The position numbers were made by a program, and so were the translations under genes. Below, one piece after another: positions 59,531-64,000 of a stretch of DNA of 64,000 bases. This DNA comes from an uncultured Rubripirellula sp. (GTDB taxonomy: Bacteria > Planctomycetota > Planctomycetia > Pirellulales > Pirellulaceae), in assembly GCA_938045805.1 (NCBI GenBank), contig CALIBL010000045.1:5350-69349 (forward strand). The letters run 5' to 3'. The notes beneath the pieces are model-generated. The model ran no database searches. It was given only the letters and a program-made list of their open reading frames with translations, and was not told the origin of the DNA. Each line of letters opens with the position of its first letter. Position 1 is the stretch's first letter.

Positions 59531-60144
59531 CAGCTAGAAGTGTTCGATTTATAGATGGCGGGGTTCAACGACGGATCGTTGTACATCTTCATTTGTCGAT
59601 AAGTTCGATGTTGCTTCACACCGTTGAATAAGTCGTTCAACAACTGCTGCAGGGAAGTCGATAGATCGTGGTGCTGTTGTTCACACAAAGCAACTCGCTG
59701 CTCCACTTTCAGCCGGTGCTCCTCATCCACGTCTTCTCGTTCTAGTTGCTCACGATAGTGATACAACCTCAGTGACATGATTGAGAGCCGGTCAATGGCA
59801 CTACCAGCGGTCTCAGTGTTGATCGGAGCCCCATCCGAGGCGACCACTCCCTGTTCGGTCAAACAGCGAGTAATCGCATCGTCCACCTGCTCAATCATGT
59901 CATTCCTAGCTTGATTGAGCTTATCAATCGCTCGCTTCACATCGGCAATCTCTTGATCGGTAGCCGACGGACTGCGAGCGGTATCTTCTTCGTGCCAAAG
60001 CCGATAGTTAAATTCATGCTGCTGACAAACAAGCTCCTCGATCCCCTCGTAATCATTGGAGATCGGTTCTTGATGCCAACGAGCAACCGCCTCAATCTGT
60101 AACTGAGTCAGTTGCTCTACTGTTGGAAAGTCAGCCTTGGCCAT
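59530..60144 (-). CDS. DUF4254 family protein
   Basis: QQHEFNYRLWHEEDTAR...VKRAIDKLNQARNDMIEQVD...ETAGSAIDRLSIMSLRLYH...RTYRQMKMYNDPSLNP matches my recollection of the DUF4254 signature. Its stop shares 1 nt with the FG-GAP ATG, and its start lies 4 nt after the ilvC stop. Confidence 0.6.
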   Translation of the reverse strand: MAKADFPTVEQLTQLQIEAVARWHQEPISNDYEGIEELVCQQHEFNYRLWHEEDTARSPSATDQEIADVKRAIDKLNQARNDMIEQVDDAITRCLTEQGVVASDGAPINTETAGSAIDRLSIMSLRLYHYREQLEREDVDEEHRLKVEQRVALCEQQHHDLSTSLQQLLNDLFNGVKQHRTYRQMKMYNDPSLNPAIYKSNTSS

Positions 60145-60148
60145 CTGA

Positions 60149-61168
<1,020 letters not shown>

Positions 61169-61416
61169 TTAGGAAGGGCTGATGTTAATGGTTAACACTG
61201 ACATTGCTCTGCAAGAGGCCAGATAAAGATGTATTGGTAATTAAGGGTTCTAAGTCTAGGTCGACAACCGTCTCGTTTTTTGTGGTTGACTCGCAATGAC
61301 CGTCACCGTGGATAGATATTCCTCAGTGTTTAATGAGTTACTCTTCACGGGGATCACTTGCAACAAGACAAGACGGCCAAGGTCTGCAACAGTGTACAAC
61401 GCTTTCCGCAATTGCA

Positions 61417-61917
61417 CTAAGCATTGCGACTGCGAGTCATCGCAATTCGTCCGGTTCTCACCAGTTCGCTGATCCCATAAGGACGCATTCGCTCAATGAA
61501 TGCCTGAACCTTGTTCTCTCGACCGCTTATTTCAACGACAATTTCTTGAGAACCAACATCGACAATCTTTCCACGAAAGATATCCACTAGCTCTCGAATT
61601 TCGCTTCGCTTGGCCCCGACTGGTGCTTGCACCCGCATCAAGAGCAGGTCACGCTCCACGAAATCGCTGCTGCTAATGTCCAACACGCGAACAACGGTGA
61701 CGATTTTCTCGAGTTGCTTTCCGACTTGCTCGAGAACTCGATCATCCCCCACCACAACAAAGGTCATTCGAGAAAGATGAGCGTCCTCGGTTTCGCCCAC
61801 TGCGAGCGAATCAATGTTAAAGCCACGGGAGGCCAACATGCCGGAAATGTGCGCCAGAACCCCCGGTACATTTTGCACCAGAGCCGAGATCACATGCCGT
61901 TGTTCAGAATTGGTCAT
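61417..61917 (-). CDS. ilvN: acetolactate synthase small (regulatory) subunit
   Basis: HVISALVQNVPGVLAHISGMLASRGFNIDSLAVGETED is the ACT domain, followed by an ALS_ss_C-like C-terminus. Confidence 0.9.
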   Translation of the reverse strand: MTNSEQRHVISALVQNVPGVLAHISGMLASRGFNIDSLAVGETEDAHLSRMTFVVVGDDRVLEQVGKQLEKIVTVVRVLDISSSDFVERDLLLMRVQAPVGAKRSEIRELVDIFRGKIVDVGSQEIVVEISGRENKVQAFIERMRPYGISELVRTGRIAMTRSRNA

Positions 61918-62394
61918 CAGGAGGAGCCAAAGGGAGCGAGTACAGCGTCGTTAGCGTTGGAAATACGTTCCAATTTCGTGACAGCATGATAATTTTCGTG
62001 GGTAAATCCAACAAGGGCTTCGATTTCTCACTCAGACGTAATCCCCCGCTCGCCCCAATTCTGCGATTTGGATTTTAAAAGCAACAGGATCAAAGCGTCT
62101 AAATGATTGGCATTTCTGGAAAGGAATCACATCCACCCGAATCGAACACCTCCGAAAGCAGGTGCGTCAGGAGCTGGGATCTAAAGAAAAGTTGTGATAT
62201 CTGAGTCAACTTTTAGGGGGCGGAGGCGAACCAGTAGACGACGATTTGGCGCCTCCTCACTGCCTTCTGCGGACAAAAAAAGACCGGAATCGTCGATTTG
62301 GCCACCAGATGCCCAAGCCTTCTAGTGAAAAAACTGCCAAACTAGAACCTCTAGAAGGCATCCGACCACGTTCTGCCATCATGGGCTGAGTTCC

Positions 62395-63201
62395 TTGAAT
62401 TTCCGAATTGACCTCCCGGCCTACCGCGGGCCCATCGATCTGCTCCTCTATCTCGTCAGAAGGCACGAGGTCAGCCTCACGGAGATGCCGATCAGCAAGA
62501 TCGTCGATCAGTACTTGAGCTACATCGAAGTCCTGAAAGAACTTGATCTTGGAGACGTAGGGGACTTTCTCGATCTTGCGAGCACCCTGGTCGAATTAAA
62601 AAGCCAAGCCGTTTTGCCAAAAATCGAGGAAGAAACTGACGGCGAAGAGGAGATCATCGATACTCAGGAGGAACTCGTCGAACGTCTGCTCCAATACAAA
62701 GAAATTCGCGATGCCGCCGCGGTTCTCGATGAAATGGGATCACGTTGGCAGCAACGTTACGAACGCCTCAGCGACGACCTACCCGCGCGGCGACTCGACC
62801 TAGGCGATCAACCCTTGGCGGATTTAGAAATATGGGACTTGGTGAGTGCATTCGGAAGGATCATGCGGGAAGCGTCGGGTCCGCCGGCCACCGAGGTTGT
62901 TTACGACGACACACCAATCCATGTTTACATGCAACGAATCCATCACCGCTTAAAGGATGAAAATCGGGTTCCTTTGATGGACCTTGTCAGTGGTGGAATT
63001 CATAAATCCTCCCTCATTGGATGGTTCCTAGCCACTCTCGAATTAACGCGTCACCACGGCGCTGCAGTCGAGCAGGATACCCACGGTGACATTTTTGTCG
63101 TTCGAACCGGACACTATTCTGAAGACCTCAATGTCAACGAAGTGGATAATTACGACGCCAGTGAATTCAAAGCAATGAATATGCCGGGTCAACCTCGGTA
63201 A
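62395..63201 (+). CDS. scpA: segregation and condensation protein A
   Basis: YRGPIDLLLYLVRRHEVSL...IVDQYLSY... is the typical ScpA N-terminus. TTG start at 62395. Confidence 0.85.
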   Translation: MNFRIDLPAYRGPIDLLLYLVRRHEVSLTEMPISKIVDQYLSYIEVLKELDLGDVGDFLDLASTLVELKSQAVLPKIEEETDGEEEIIDTQEELVERLLQYKEIRDAAAVLDEMGSRWQQRYERLSDDLPARRLDLGDQPLADLEIWDLVSAFGRIMREASGPPATEVVYDDTPIHVYMQRIHHRLKDENRVPLMDLVSGGIHKSSLIGWFLATLELTRHHGAAVEQDTHGDIFVVRTGHYSEDLNVNEVDNYDASEFKAMNMPGQPR

Positions 63202-63334
63202 TCTTCAAGCCATTACCCTTTCGCTTCGGGTCGTTGAAATCATTCCTCACCCTGTTAAGAAACACGGAACCGATTTACCATCTTGAGATTGAACAAGAAT
63301 CATTCAATCTGCCACCACATCACCCACCAATTTC

Positions 63335-64000
63335 ATGCTGGTCAACAACGCGCCTATTCTTAGCCATGTGCACGATGGCCTAACAATCGAAGGCTATTCG
63401 CGGGCAGCAGTTCAGACCTGCTGGCGGCTTAATGAATTGAAGGTTCTATTCGATATCGGCATTCAACCATGGGACTTCATGGGAATCCCGACCGCATTTA
63501 TCACTCATGCTCACTTGGACCACATTGCCGCGTTACCAGCTTACGTATCCCGGAGACGCATGATGAAGATGGATCCACCCGTGATCTACCTTCCCGACTC
63601 AGCTGTTGATACGGCTTGGGACATGCTGCAAACCTTCAAGAAACTCGATCGCGGTGCGATGCCCTGCGAACTGATCGGCCTTTTACCCGGCGACCAAATC
63701 GATATCAGCCGTGAGTATGTTCTCACCGCTCTTCCCACAACCCACACCATAGACTCCGTTGGATTCGTGATTCACCAGAGACGGCATAAACTCAAGGCTG
63801 AATTCCAACACCTTGATGGCCCTCAGATCAAAGAACTTAAACTCGCCGGCGAAGAAATCACCTCTGAAAAACGAATTCCATTGATTGCGTACACAGGCGA
63901 TACATCACCAAAAGGGCTTGACGACAACCCTGTCTTCTTCGAGGCAAAAACGCTCATTGCAGAAATGACATTTGTTGCCCCTGAACATCGGAAAGAAAAA
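63335..64000 (+). CDS. MBL-fold metallohydrolase, RNase Z/RNase BN-like (3' end lies outside the window)
   Basis: ATG at 63335 with the frame open to the window end. The HxHxDH motif is present (FITHAHLDHIAALP). Confidence 0.75.
   Translation, partial: MLVNNAPILSHVHDGLTIEGYSRAAVQTCWRLNELKVLFDIGIQPWDFMGIPTAFITHAHLDHIAALPAYVSRRRMMKMDPPVIYLPDSAVDTAWDMLQTFKKLDRGAMPCELIGLLPGDQIDISREYVLTALPTTHTIDSVGFVIHQRRHKLKAEFQHLDGPQIKELKLAGEEITSEKRIPLIAYTGDTSPKGLDDNPVFFEAKTLIAEMTFVAPEHRKEK

Overview
This 64 kb window reads as ordinary core chromosome from a Planctomycetota bacterium, probably Pirellulales-like. That placement is inferred from gene content: a PSCyt/DUF1549/DUF1553 plus DUF1501 pair, Tat-signal Gfo/Idh/MocA and NHL proteins, a BON protein with a Pro/Tyr-rich tail, and many signal-peptide orphan proteins. 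About 60 protein genes are packed on both strands at roughly 85-90% coding density.

Recognisable housekeeping genes:
- dxs (3' fragment), nadK, argS, rsfS, bcp, holB, rpiB
- rplA-rplJ-rplL
- proC, argB, argF, rph
- ilvN-ilvC, scpA
- a SMUG1-type uracil-DNA glycosylase
- an RNase Z-like MBL hydrolase (5' fragment at the window end)

I recognised no rRNA, tRNA, CRISPR array, transposase, integrase or prophage genes. I found no unambiguous new multi-gene system such as a defence island.

The observations most worth follow-up are:
1. A class-III aminotransferase-like gene sits between argB and argF. It has lost the PLP Schiff-base lysine and carries a ~90-residue poly-acidic tract.
2. A degenerate YrdC/Sua5-like domain is fused to a YwlE-type (CTGNTCRS) low-molecular-weight phosphatase, directly upstream of rpiB.
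3. A terminator-bounded pair encodes an adenylate-forming enzyme and an ALDH/LuxC-like reductase that lacks the ALDH general-base Glu.
4. A co-directional array runs M19 dipeptidase, DSD1-type D-amino-acid enzyme, DUF997, then SSS transporter.
5. A YtrA-type GntR, an ABC ATPase and a 576-aa polytopic membrane protein form an operon with overlapping stops and starts.
6. ilvN and ilvC continue without spacing into DUF4254 and FG-GAP genes.

All family assignments come from motif recognition by eye on the supplied translations. No database search was run. Start codons are often ambiguous, and alternatives are noted in the feature evidence.
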